This document shows, in pieces, positions 45,684 to 55,900 of a stretch of DNA of 64,000 nucleotides. Position numbers and translations under genes: made by a program. Each line of letters starts with the position of its first letter. The first letter of the stretch is position 1. The notes under the pieces were generated by a model, which did not search any database, had not been told where the DNA came from, and saw nothing but the letters and a program-made list of their open reading frames with translations. Location: positions 62,001-126,000 of the IMG/VR virus record IMGVR_UViG_3300028384_001500. One strand, 5' to 3'.

Positions 45684-46660
45684 TATAAAATTTTTCCTTG
45701 TTTGAGGTTTCTAAAAAGATACCCATGTTGAAGAATATCAATGTTGTTTATATTATTTTCTTTTAGGTATTTTATTGCATTCATATTATTCCATGCCGGC
45801 TTAAAATTTTCAATGCTTTCATCAAGTTTTTTGGTTTGCATATGTACTAAGTTGTCTACATCCAATCTAACCAATCTAATATTACGCTCTATCAACTTTT
45901 CGTTATCTTTAATGGATTTATATATCTTTTTCTTTGGATTGTCTTGGTGTTTAACGTCGTTCTCTACAAATAATTGAAATGCATTACTTTCGAAGTCTTC
46001 TTTTTTAAGCAGATCTCCGTATTCCTTTACCAGTGTTTTATAACCAGCACCCGGGACTCCTGGAATATTATCTGACTTATCACCTACTATTGATTTAGCC
46101 AGGCAGAAGTTATGAGGATGAACACCATACTTTTCTAAGACTTTGTCCGTGTTAATAAATGACTTTGAGTTTGGAGAATACAGAATGCAATTCTCGTCAA
46201 CAAGTTGATAAAAATCATGATCGCCTGTAACAATAATCTTATTTTTATCTTTGAGTTTGTATTTTGCCATATAGCCAATTGCGTCGTCAGCCTCTGCGTC
46301 TTCTATGTAGACTTGACAGACAGGTAGGTTACTCAGTATTCCTACAAGATTTCTAATTTGAAAGTTTCTGTTTTCAACTGTGTCTGGTATTTCTTCTTTA
46401 TCATAATACCGATTCATCTTTGCCGGTCGACTTCCGCGTTTATAATCTGGATATAGATCTCTTTTTCGCTTGCTTCCTCCACCTTCCCAAACAACAATTA
46501 CACCTTCAGGCTTGCACTTTTCAATAAGGTTAATGAGATTGTAGTAAAAACCCACAATCCCGCCTATTTGTTCACCGTTTTCTGACATTGCCGGATGCGC
46601 TATATAATGCCTCATAAAAACATTGAGTGCATCAAATATAAGAATTCTGTCTTTTACCAT
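45683..46660 (-). CDS. 5'-3' exonuclease / flap endonuclease (T4 RNase H, Pol I N-terminal-like)
   Basis: LIFDALN, EADDAIG, TGDHDFYQL, GDKSDNIPGVPGAG. Confidence 0.92.
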   Translation of the reverse strand: MVKDRILIFDALNVFMRHYIAHPAMSENGEQIGGIVGFYYNLINLIEKCKPEGVIVVWEGGGSKRKRDLYPDYKRGSRPAKMNRYYDKEEIPDTVENRNFQIRNLVGILSNLPVCQVYIEDAEADDAIGYMAKYKLKDKNKIIVTGDHDFYQLVDENCILYSPNSKSFINTDKVLEKYGVHPHNFCLAKSIVGDKSDNIPGVPGAGYKTLVKEYGDLLKKEDFESNAFQLFVENDVKHQDNPKKKIYKSIKDNEKLIERNIRLVRLDVDNLVHMQTKKLDESIENFKPAWNNMNAIKYLKENNINNIDILQHGYLFRNLKQGKIL

Positions 46661-47826
46661 TATAAGTCACTCTCATCAAAGTCTAAGAGTAAATTACCAA
46701 CTTCTTTTACTTCCTCATATGACTCTGTGTCAATATCAACGCCGTCAGATGTGCCCATCTTTTTAATCATTGCGTCTTTAAGAATAATATTGACAATCGG
46801 ACCCCAGTAGTTATCTTCCATAATTTCGTTAAACTCAGTTTTTCTAAACTTTTTAGAGTCTATTTCACTACCGTTTTCATCCATAATTTGAATTGTTTTC
46901 CAGCCACCAGTACCAGAAACAAGATAACATCGATCTTTATGAGTTACCATGCCGTGTTTTCTTAATAAGTCAAAAGTCTCTTCATGTTCAACAATACCTT
47001 TTCCAAAGTGAATCTGGAATGCTACTTTTCTAAAAGGCGGTGCAACTTTGTTTTTAACCGTTTTAGCCCAAACATTAATACCGATAACGTCGTCACCATC
47101 TTTGATCTGTTGTCCCGCTCCCAATTTGATTCGTATAGATGAGTGAAAAGGGATTGCCTTACCTCCGGGTGTAGTATCAGGATCTCCATACATAACTCCT
47201 ACTTTTGTTCGTATTTGATTTAAGCAAACTAAAAGACTGTTTGTTTGCCCAATCACACCTGTAATTTTTCTCATACCTTTAGAAATAGCCCTTGCTTGGA
47301 GCCCAATACTTTCTTTGTCATAATCACCTAACAACTCTGCTTTTGGAGAAGATGCAGCAACACTATCCCATATAATAGTAACAGGTACATCTTTATCTAA
47401 AGCTCGTGCTTTAAGAATAGTTTTTTCAGCCAAATCAAGAACTTCTTCAGTACAATGTGTATCTACATATACAAACCTTTGAGAGACATCTACACCTAAG
47501 TTGCCTAAATTTTCAATACTTGTTGCGTTCTCAGTGTCGATGTAAACAACAATACCACCCATTTTTTGGGTACTTCTTGCAATTTGCGTGGCGATGTGAG
47601 ATTTTCCAATCGATGGCGGCCCGAACATTTCAACAATTCTTCCTTCTGGAAAACCTCCATTTTCTTGATTAGCACAGATATAGTCTAGCATTTTAGACCC
47701 TGTGCTAATCCATCTTTTTACTTGCGTAGGGCTTTCGTCTTCTGCAAGGTTATAAGCAACTTTTGTTTTATAATCTTTGTTTAAAGACTTAATAAGCTGC
47801 GAGGTAAAATCATCTTTCTTTCCCAT
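46660..47826 (-). CDS. recA: RecA/UvsX recombinase
   Basis: GPPSIGKS, YIDTE, WDSVAA, NQIR, PGGKA, KNKVAPPF. Confidence 0.94.
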   Translation of the reverse strand: MGKKDDFTSQLIKSLNKDYKTKVAYNLAEDESPTQVKRWISTGSKMLDYICANQENGGFPEGRIVEMFGPPSIGKSHIATQIARSTQKMGGIVVYIDTENATSIENLGNLGVDVSQRFVYVDTHCTEEVLDLAEKTILKARALDKDVPVTIIWDSVAASSPKAELLGDYDKESIGLQARAISKGMRKITGVIGQTNSLLVCLNQIRTKVGVMYGDPDTTPGGKAIPFHSSIRIKLGAGQQIKDGDDVIGINVWAKTVKNKVAPPFRKVAFQIHFGKGIVEHEETFDLLRKHGMVTHKDRCYLVSGTGGWKTIQIMDENGSEIDSKKFRKTEFNEIMEDNYWGPIVNIILKDAMIKKMGTSDGVDIDTESYEEVKEVGNLLLDFDESDL

Positions 47827-47876
47827 TATTTACTCCTAGATTATAGGAATATTATACAATGAGATGATTATAATTT

Positions 47877-50381
47877 TCAATCAATAAGATTAATAATTTT
47901 TTGGCTTTTAATAATTTTTCTACGAATATTAGACTCCCACAATAAATCATCTAAAAACAAATTTTCTTTTAAATTTTCAGATTTACCCATAATAAAGTCA
48001 TATATTTTAATAATTTGATTAGGGGATAAATGACTTCCTGTTTTTGCACCAATAGCCTTCATTGTTTGTGGATCTTTTCTCATTTGATTATAAAAGTCTA
48101 ACCATGTCTTGTAATTTCCGTCGTTAACTTTACCTGCTGATGCTAACTCTTCAAACCCAGACTTGACTTTATTTCCGGCGTCTCCTGTTTTTGAAATATA
48201 GTATTCCCAAGACATTTTATTTTTTGGCTCACTTTCTTTTGTTGCTGATATAGTTTCTTTACCTTTATTTTTGATTTTTTTATTTTCTTCCCCTCCGGAA
48301 GGTGGTTTTACTGATATCTCTTTCTCTGCTGCTTTTCTTAACTTTTTAAATTCTGGATACCACGTTTCAGCATTTAAAAATCCTTTATCAAACAAACTTC
48401 TTAGTTTTTTGGCAATTTTTGCATTTTCTCCAGTAGCACTCGATAGTTTTTCACCATTTAGCATCATTATTCTTTCAATTGCTAGTAGGTTAAATAAAGC
48501 ACTGCGCCTTTTCTCATCAATATCTTTTGGATTAAGACCCTTAAAGTCTTTTTTTGCTGCAGCGTCAATAAAATCTTGTGCCCATTCATTTTCTTCATGC
48601 CACTTGGTAAACATTCCCGTATCAAGAACGCCAACTTTATCGGCTGCTTGCCGTCCAACACTGACGAATAAATCATTAGTATCTACTGTCATAAAGTCAT
48701 TAAATGGTTTTCCGATAAGAAAATAACCAGCTCCACCAGCTGCCGTCGCAGCAATTGTCGCGCCAAAAGCGACTCCTAAAGTCAATGCAAGGCCAGCACC
48801 AGCTGGTGCAGCTATAGCAAGTGTACCAAATCCAATTGTCATGTTTCCAGCTGCTATGGCTAACGCGTTATAAAACTCCTCATCATTGTATTCCTCGTTT
48901 GTAAAAGCGTTATACAGTTCGTAAAAACCAAATGCTAAGACGATTGCTGGGCCTAGCGCTTTTGCGAGACCGGTTACAAACTTTCCACTTGCGCTGACTG
49001 CCACTTCTGTAGATTCTTGTCCTGCATTTTTAGCTACTATTTCTGCAACTTCTTCACCCGGCAACGATCCCAGAAGTCCGTGAGCTCCTTGCTTTGCGAC
49101 TTCTTCAGAAATCTCACCACTACCGGCATTTACAATTTGTTGTGTCAATGCTGTCTCTAACTGAGGAGCTCCTTTAGCTATTTGTGCACCTTTTTCTATA
49201 GCGCCTTCAGCAAAATCTTTCACCACAAGCTCTGTGGTTCCAGAAGCTGTTTGTATTGCTGTTTTACTTGTGGTTTGCGCGCCTGTCTTTGTTAATCCTG
49301 TTTCAGCAGCTTGTGCTCCTGTTTTTGCTAATCCTGTTTCAGCAGCAGCTGATGCTTTCACGCCTAATTGTTTTCCTAGCTCTGCAAGAGCATCATCAGA
49401 CATACCAGCAGCTTGAGCTTGTGCCATTTTTTTAAGTGTCTCTTGGGAAACATCTTTAAAACCTTGCTCTGAAAGCGACTGGGAAATATTTTTAATAATT
49501 GCTTTTTCTAATTCTGGTGAATTTGCAAGTTTAGATGCACCTTTTTTAAAATATTCTTCTCCCAATTCGCTTGTCATTGCTGCAACTAAGTCATCAGGGG
49601 TCGACGATGCAGATGACGAAGCTACACTGGCTAGCCTTTGAGTACCTTGTGATTCAGCGGCTGGTGTTGTTGTTAAAGCAGTTGTCATTTTTTCTGTTGC
49701 AGCAACTTGGGAGGCGGGAGGAGGAGCTATAGCTTTAGTTGCATTAGTATGAACAGCTAGCGATGATTCTGGTGCTGCCGTATCAATTATTTTTTCCATA
49801 GGCAGTAATTTTTCAGCATTTTGAATAGCTTTTTTTGCTGCTTGTGATGTTGAATTAGATGACACTACAGCTGGAGTTCCTTTAGAAGTTTGAGCTACAA
49901 TTTTACCAGTATCAGTTGTTATTTTGTACTCTGTCCCACGCAAACCATTCATATATAGAACACTAGATCTAGAAATTGCGTCTTTAGATACTTTAATAGT
50001 TTCTGCAAAACCGGTTTTTGTTAAGACCTTACCTGTTTTGACACTAACTCTTGCTAAAACTGCTTCTCCTCCATCTACACCAATAACACGGTAAAGACCT
50101 TTACACCCTTTAGGTATTGTGTTGTTTGTAAAAATAGCTTTAGAAGTTGCTTTTGCGACACCCTTTACCGTATTAGGGCTTCTAATGACCTTACCATTCG
50201 TTGATACCATGATAAAATCACCCATTGCATCAGCTGATCCGGTAAGCAAAGACTCGTTTAAAATTGAATTATACCATCTTTGCTGACGCTTAATATTTTC
50301 ATGAATAATATTTTTTCCTTTTTCTCTTCGTATAGACTCTTCTAATAGTTTTCTAATCTGTAATCTTTTTAACTTTTTCAT
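47877..50381 (-). CDS. Leader-bearing large protein with an A/T/S/K-rich linker and a hydrophobic helical hairpin; possible ejected membrane protein
   Basis: MKKLKRLQIRKLLEES; hydrophobic ALGPAIVLAFGFY and GFGTLAIAAPAGAGLALTLGVAFGATIAATAAGGAGYFL. Confidence 0.6.
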   Translation of the reverse strand: MKKLKRLQIRKLLEESIRREKGKNIIHENIKRQQRWYNSILNESLLTGSADAMGDFIMVSTNGKVIRSPNTVKGVAKATSKAIFTNNTIPKGCKGLYRVIGVDGGEAVLARVSVKTGKVLTKTGFAETIKVSKDAISRSSVLYMNGLRGTEYKITTDTGKIVAQTSKGTPAVVSSNSTSQAAKKAIQNAEKLLPMEKIIDTAAPESSLAVHTNATKAIAPPPASQVAATEKMTTALTTTPAAESQGTQRLASVASSSASSTPDDLVAAMTSELGEEYFKKGASKLANSPELEKAIIKNISQSLSEQGFKDVSQETLKKMAQAQAAGMSDDALAELGKQLGVKASAAAETGLAKTGAQAAETGLTKTGAQTTSKTAIQTASGTTELVVKDFAEGAIEKGAQIAKGAPQLETALTQQIVNAGSGEISEEVAKQGAHGLLGSLPGEEVAEIVAKNAGQESTEVAVSASGKFVTGLAKALGPAIVLAFGFYELYNAFTNEEYNDEEFYNALAIAAGNMTIGFGTLAIAAPAGAGLALTLGVAFGATIAATAAGGAGYFLIGKPFNDFMTVDTNDLFVSVGRQAADKVGVLDTGMFTKWHEENEWAQDFIDAAAKKDFKGLNPKDIDEKRRSALFNLLAIERIMMLNGEKLSSATGENAKIAKKLRSLFDKGFLNAETWYPEFKKLRKAAEKEISVKPPSGGEENKKIKNKGKETISATKESEPKNKMSWEYYISKTGDAGNKVKSGFEELASAGKVNDGNYKTWLDFYNQMRKDPQTMKAIGAKTGSHLSPNQIIKIYDFIMGKSENLKENLFLDDLLWESNIRRKIIKSQKIINLID

Positions 50382-50438
50382 GAATATTATCTCCCTAATG
50401 CAAAGCTTTACTTCTATATATATTTAATTAAACACAAA

Positions 50439-50463
50439 AAAACCTAGGCAGCGCCTAGGTTTT
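50439..50463. terminator. Intrinsic terminator after ssb (symmetric)
   Basis: AAAACCTAGGC/GCCTAGGTTTT. Confidence 0.75.
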
Positions 50464-50487
50464 AATATATCTTTTAAGTTAATTAAG

Positions 50488-51279
50488 TTAACTCATAAGA
50501 TCAGAAAAAGCATCGTCTAGACTAGAGTAACTTTTTCCACCTTCGTCACTAGAGCTTTTAGAAGAAGTTTCATTGCTACTAGTCCATTCAGATCCAGTGC
50601 TTTCTGCTTCTTCTTCACCGTTAAGCCAGTTATTGATAATATTACTTAGTTCGTCGTATGACTTAAGTCTAAAAATATTATTAATATCTGGAATACCGTC
50701 TACCCATTCTTTTGCTTGACTCTTATCTTTAGAAAGAGCAGATGCTTTACGAACAGGGAGTACTTCAGTTTTTGCCCATTGTTGGCCAGGTGATTTAGTA
50801 CATTTAATCTTAAGATCAGTGCCTGTTTTAAGATCTGTAATATCACCGTAGTCTTCATCCATCATAAGTGATAGTAGCGACTGATACACTAATTTACCAA
50901 ATGACCAAATACGTACACCTTCACCTTCTTCACCTCGTACAACGACTGGTGCGTATACACGCATTTTAGGATACAATTTTTTTGCCATTTCATAGCTTTC
51001 TTTTGTTCCTTCGTCGCGAAGCTTATTAATCAACTCTTGGATTGGGTCACGCTTACCAAATTGGCTTGGTGCCAGTAATCCTCGTTGACCGGGAATATTG
51101 TAGTAGAATTGTAATTCTTTGAATGGTTGCCCGTCGTTATCAGGAAAAGAAAGAAGTCTTACTTTATATTCTTGCCCCTCTTCAGGTTTCCACATTACAT
51201 TTCTGCTAGTGTTATTACCGCTAAGTTTGTCTAGTTTACGTTTAATCGCATCAAAATCAAGTGCCATTATTTCCTCCAT
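50488..51279 (-). CDS. T4 gp32-like single-stranded DNA-binding protein
   Basis: VMWKP, VRLL, VVRGEEGEGVRIWSFGK, DITDLKTGTDL, acidic tail LDDAFSDLMS. Confidence 0.8.
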   Translation of the reverse strand: MEEIMALDFDAIKRKLDKLSGNNTSRNVMWKPEEGQEYKVRLLSFPDNDGQPFKELQFYYNIPGQRGLLAPSQFGKRDPIQELINKLRDEGTKESYEMAKKLYPKMRVYAPVVVRGEEGEGVRIWSFGKLVYQSLLSLMMDEDYGDITDLKTGTDLKIKCTKSPGQQWAKTEVLPVRKASALSKDKSQAKEWVDGIPDINNIFRLKSYDELSNIINNWLNGEEEAESTGSEWTSSNETSSKSSSDEGGKSYSSLDDAFSDLMS

Positions 51280-51365
51280 TAATGTTTAACTTGTAATGTT
51301 CAAATTGCAATGTTTAAATTGAACTATAACATTATAGACAGTAATTAGAAGATTTATTAAAAAAT

Positions 51366-51854
51366 TTACTTGTAAGGAAAACTTTTTTCTCTATTGAACT
51401 TTTGACGCTTTTTTCTTTGTCTTACAGTCTCTGGTCGACCTTTACTAGTAAAGCCCATAGGAACAGCTGGGCCGGCTACGCCTCCTGCGGACATCTCATC
51501 AATCATATCGTCTAGGCCTTCTAAGTCTTCAACCTTTTCTTTACTTTTTCTAGACTGTCTAACTAGCTTTTGGTTCATTGCGTTAAGATCGTCTACACTG
51601 GTCTCAAAAATATTTTCTAGCGTTTCTACTAACATATATTTTCCTGCGCGATAAACTCTACATTCTAATATAATGTCTTCGTCGTCTTCTTCCATTTCAT
51701 CAAATTCGTAACCTTTATTTACCCTTTGAGAGTATCTAGAAAAAGCTGTATCAGCATCTGCCAAAGGTGCTGTTGTATTTTTATGCCTGTAACCACCTGC
51801 ACCAAAACCATCCGGTCTAAATGCACCCATTCCTATTTCTTTTAATTTTTTCAT
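51366..51854 (-). CDS. Hypothetical late protein
   Basis: EMSAGGVAGPAVPMG motif; ATAGTTA upstream. Confidence 0.6.
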   Translation of the reverse strand: MKKLKEIGMGAFRPDGFGAGGYRHKNTTAPLADADTAFSRYSQRVNKGYEFDEMEEDDEDIILECRVYRAGKYMLVETLENIFETSVDDLNAMNQKLVRQSRKSKEKVEDLEGLDDMIDEMSAGGVAGPAVPMGFTSKGRPETVRQRKKRQKFNREKSFPYK

Positions 51855-51865
51855 AATAATAACTA

Positions 51866-52933
51866 TTATGAATATACTTTAAATTCTATCGGAATTGTAA
51901 TGTTGCTTATTTTTTCTGTTATACTTTTAATGTTTTTTAATTCTTTTAGTCTAGACTTTTCTATTTGAAATGTCATGCTATCATGTATAAAAAAACATCT
52001 GTCTACTTTTAAAGTCTGGGCAAAGTCATAGAAAGCCAAAGAGCAATAATCAACAGCAGAAGACTGAATCCAGTAGTTGATTAAATTGCTGTCGCTTGTA
52101 ATTGGACGTCCGTAATAGTTAAGCATAAAACCATTATCTTCAAACTCTTTTGTTAAATCGCTATTAAGTTTGTTAAGTCCTATTTCTTCCTTAATTTTTC
52201 TTACATTCGTGACACTAGTTTGCATAATTCTAGAAATAGTGTTTTCATTTGCGCCATATATCATCGATAGTATACCTCGTTTAAAACTATCACGGTCAGT
52301 AATTTTTACATTATAGTTATTAGATATCCATTGATATACATCTTTTACGCCTTTCAAATCATAGCCTTTTGATAGTAAATAAAAGAAAGGTTCGCAAGAT
52401 TTAAAATCAACCTCAACCAATACCTTACTATCATCAATTGACTTAAGTCTGTAACGATTTTCTTTTTTCATTGTTAAGAAATTATAGCCCTTATGTATAC
52501 CGGTTCTTCCTGTCACACCGGCGTGATTATAGTGTGGTACTTCTAATATTTCACCGTTCAAACTAACATTTTTAAGATCTAGATAACACTTTTTCCTAAT
52601 TGGGAATATTGATGTGTGATAATTAGTAACTAAATTAATAGTATCTTTAATAGAGTTAAATAAATACTCAGTGTATTCTCTGGACTTAGGTTTACCTAGT
52701 AATTTATTCACCTCAAGACTACCTGAAATATTTAAGCAGTTTAACCCTGGATAGTATTCTTTTACAGTTTTAATCTTATCTAAGTTAGACAATTGTCTAA
52801 TATTTGATAGTGATTGAATTGTTAAAGTTGTCTTAGCTTTCTCAGATATGCTAATAGATATATCTTTTTTGTTCAAAGAATAATCTTTATTAATAACAAC
52901 TGAATTTATAATTTCTTTATTTCTAATACTCAT
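51866..52933 (-). CDS. Minimal family-A DNA polymerase domain
   Basis: Motif A EVDFKSCEP, motif B RDSFKRGILSMIYG, YYGR, NYWIQSSAVD, motif C IHDS. Confidence 0.75.
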   Translation of the reverse strand: MSIRNKEIINSVVINKDYSLNKKDISISISEKAKTTLTIQSLSNIRQLSNLDKIKTVKEYYPGLNCLNISGSLEVNKLLGKPKSREYTEYLFNSIKDTINLVTNYHTSIFPIRKKCYLDLKNVSLNGEILEVPHYNHAGVTGRTGIHKGYNFLTMKKENRYRLKSIDDSKVLVEVDFKSCEPFFYLLSKGYDLKGVKDVYQWISNNYNVKITDRDSFKRGILSMIYGANENTISRIMQTSVTNVRKIKEEIGLNKLNSDLTKEFEDNGFMLNYYGRPITSDSNLINYWIQSSAVDYCSLAFYDFAQTLKVDRCFFIHDSMTFQIEKSRLKELKNIKSITEKISNITIPIEFKVYS

Positions 52934-52971
52934 GTATTATTAATATAGCTAAAGTATACCAATTTACATTT

Positions 52972-55900
52972 TTATTTTGTTGTTTCAAACGTCTTTGCTA
53001 AGTTATCAGCAAATGATGATACAGCACCCATATTAGAAGGCACTAAAGTAAGCGTTGTTGAAAAGTCACCAGCTCTAATTGTATGCGTTACGTCTTTTAC
53101 TGTATAAATGTTGTCCAAACTTGTATTTGTTCCAAAGTCAATAAAAATAGTATTACCTCTACTTATCATTGGCATACCCATTAAAGTGCAACTAACTGTA
53201 TTGGGGAACATTGTTATAGACTCAAAATTAGTCTCTTCAGATAATCCGTTAACCTGACCGTTTCTAAGGTTACCATAACTCTCAACCATTAAAATATTAG
53301 CCATCTCTCCGGATGTATTTGAATTTACAGATAAGTTTCTAACTGTAGAACCGGCTGAACCGTATATTATAGTTGGATACGTTCTTTTAATGTATTGTTT
53401 TGCCTCGTTAAAATTCATATTTTTGATATTGGTAATGACGTCTTCTTCGTTACCTGACCCTAAAGAAATAAGTTCACCATTAATCCCATCAGTCATGGCA
53501 GTCATTAATGTGTGCTCTTTTGGCGACATAACTGTTTCTTCGTCGTATACATGCACTCTAAGAATTGTTTTGTTTTTGTGTAGACCGTTGTCTACGTCTT
53601 TTGGTGGAAAAATACTATTCTTAACACGCTGGTAATAATCAGGTTCTTGATCGTTGTTAGTAGCATAAATAGCATCAACAACTTCAAAGTCTAACGATAT
53701 ATTAGGTCTTACAAACTTATCATAATTAGGAAATATTTTTGCTAGGCCGTCTGTTTTGTACATTTCTGAAAGCTTTTGTGAAAGCGCAGATTTTGTTTGT
53801 TTTGACAAAACTGATGAATATTTTTTTGTTAATTCACTTACTCTTTTTTTATATTCTTCATTACTAAGTAAACCTTTATTAAAAGAATTCTTATTTCCGT
53901 ATCCTAGTTTTATGTTTGTTTGGGATATATTAAATATAATCTCGTCAGTAGAATCGCTTAAATCTAATCCTAACGCTGTTTTAGTTTCTTCATCGCTTAA
54001 GTTTGCTAGCATTAAGTCAACTTTATCAGCTTCTTCTTTTTGCCCCATAAATTCGGTCTGTTTTTTAAAAACGTCGCTAATATTATATACTGGTAAGTTT
54101 TTATCCTTAACAATATTTTCAAGAATACTAAAAGCTCTTTTTACAGATATGTTTGAGCTTATCTTTACAGCTTCTTGAAATTTTTCTCTAATTTCTTTTA
54201 TAGGGATTGGCAAACTAGCAGTTGTGTGAACTCTTCCTCCTCCTGAATGGTGATTAAGAGGATAAAATACTAGTTGAACTTCATCATAAAGACATGTCGC
54301 AGCTAGTGGATATCCTACTAGACTTGATATTGCTTTTCCTAAGGTAACGTATTCAGAAAATTCTGAATCACCTATTCCTTTGTTTTTAGAAAATGCTGTT
54401 TTTTGGAGGCTTGGGCTGTTTTCATGTATAAAGCCTGTAAGAAAGTCTTTTTCATTTAAATCTTTTTGTAAACTGCTGTTATAGACGACAGCTGTTATAA
54501 AAGGGTCGACAATATCAATTCCTAATTCAAATGCTTTAATCTTACCGTACATCCTCTGCAACATTGTTTCTTTATTTTCAGAAAAAATACCTGCGCTTTC
54601 TAATTTTTGCATAATAGGTCGAACAGAGATGTCAACATCTTCATCGATTAGCGCTTCAAGTCTAATTTCTTCTTTTTCTTCTTCTGTTAAAGCACTTTCA
54701 ATTCTAAGTGCATACTTTAAAGCTACAATCGCATTTTGATTATTATGTCTAAAAGCTTTCATTAATTCTCGATAGGTTGGCCATGAAATTGAATTACTAA
54801 TATCTTTAGCTGATCTTTCGTTAAGTTTGATTTCGTGTCGTACTTCTGCAGCTTTTTCCTTCCCTAACGTGCTATTTAATGACTTACTATAATCTTGAGC
54901 TGCTTTTTTAATAAACTCTTTAAATACGTTCATAGGGACTTCTGGACCAGCCCCACAGTGTACTCTTTCAGTTTGTCTAAATCCATAGGCTACTAGACCT
55001 ACATTGATACCGACAGCACTTCCTTCTGAAAAGTCATAATCACAACTAACAACTTGAAAAACTGACCGGTCTTTAAGGGAATTTAAATACCTACCAATGA
55101 CATTGTCAGAGTTAACTCCACCTTCAGGGTGATTCCAACCATATTCAATAACAATTCTAGTTGTTGCAAATTGAGAACTTGAAACTAAAGGGGCCAAGTC
55201 TCTTAAGCGTGACCGGTCGTGAAGAGTAAGTTTTAGACTGGCCTTTTTTGATGACATAATACCATACCCAGCACCTGTTATGCTAACATTAATACTGTCA
55301 AGCGATAAAAAAGGCATAATTGGTTCAAGTATCGGATCATTATTATTTGGTTTACCTGTAAACGGATCAATTTTATCTATGCTATATTCGTTTCTATTAA
55401 TATCTGCGTTTGAAAAAGTCTGAGGTGCGTTAAATATGTCCATATAAGCAATGTCTATGTTTTGCAATGCTTCTTTTTCATCGTCTTTAATCGCTGACGA
55501 AACAGGTTTAAGATCACCAAATCCAAAAGAGTCCTCGAGTACATATCCCCCACCTTCTTTTTCTCTAGTAAACCTCATGAAAGCAGCACTGTTTAACTTA
55601 TTAGGCGCTAATTTTTTATTATTTGCATCTCTTTGATAATTCTCTGTTAAGACGTTAATTGAAACATAGGGCACACACCTAGACATCTCAATGGGTGGTA
55701 TTGCATTAAAAAATATAGGCAGGTGATCTCGACCTTTACCCGCAATACTAGCCTTAGGGTGTTTCATTACTAATGCACTTAAGCTAGGACTATTATACCT
55801 GTCAGGAATACCTTTTGATTTATTAATTTCCGGAACAAAAAGCTGATCACTGTATATATTGACATCTGACGGATACTGTTTTGGTTTTTTCTTATCATCA

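Noticed and set aside
14101-47826. Inteins or group I introns in dnaE, nrdJ, dnaB and recA
   Set aside because: Lengths are normal and motifs are collinear; no Hint-like or homing-endonuclease inserts seen
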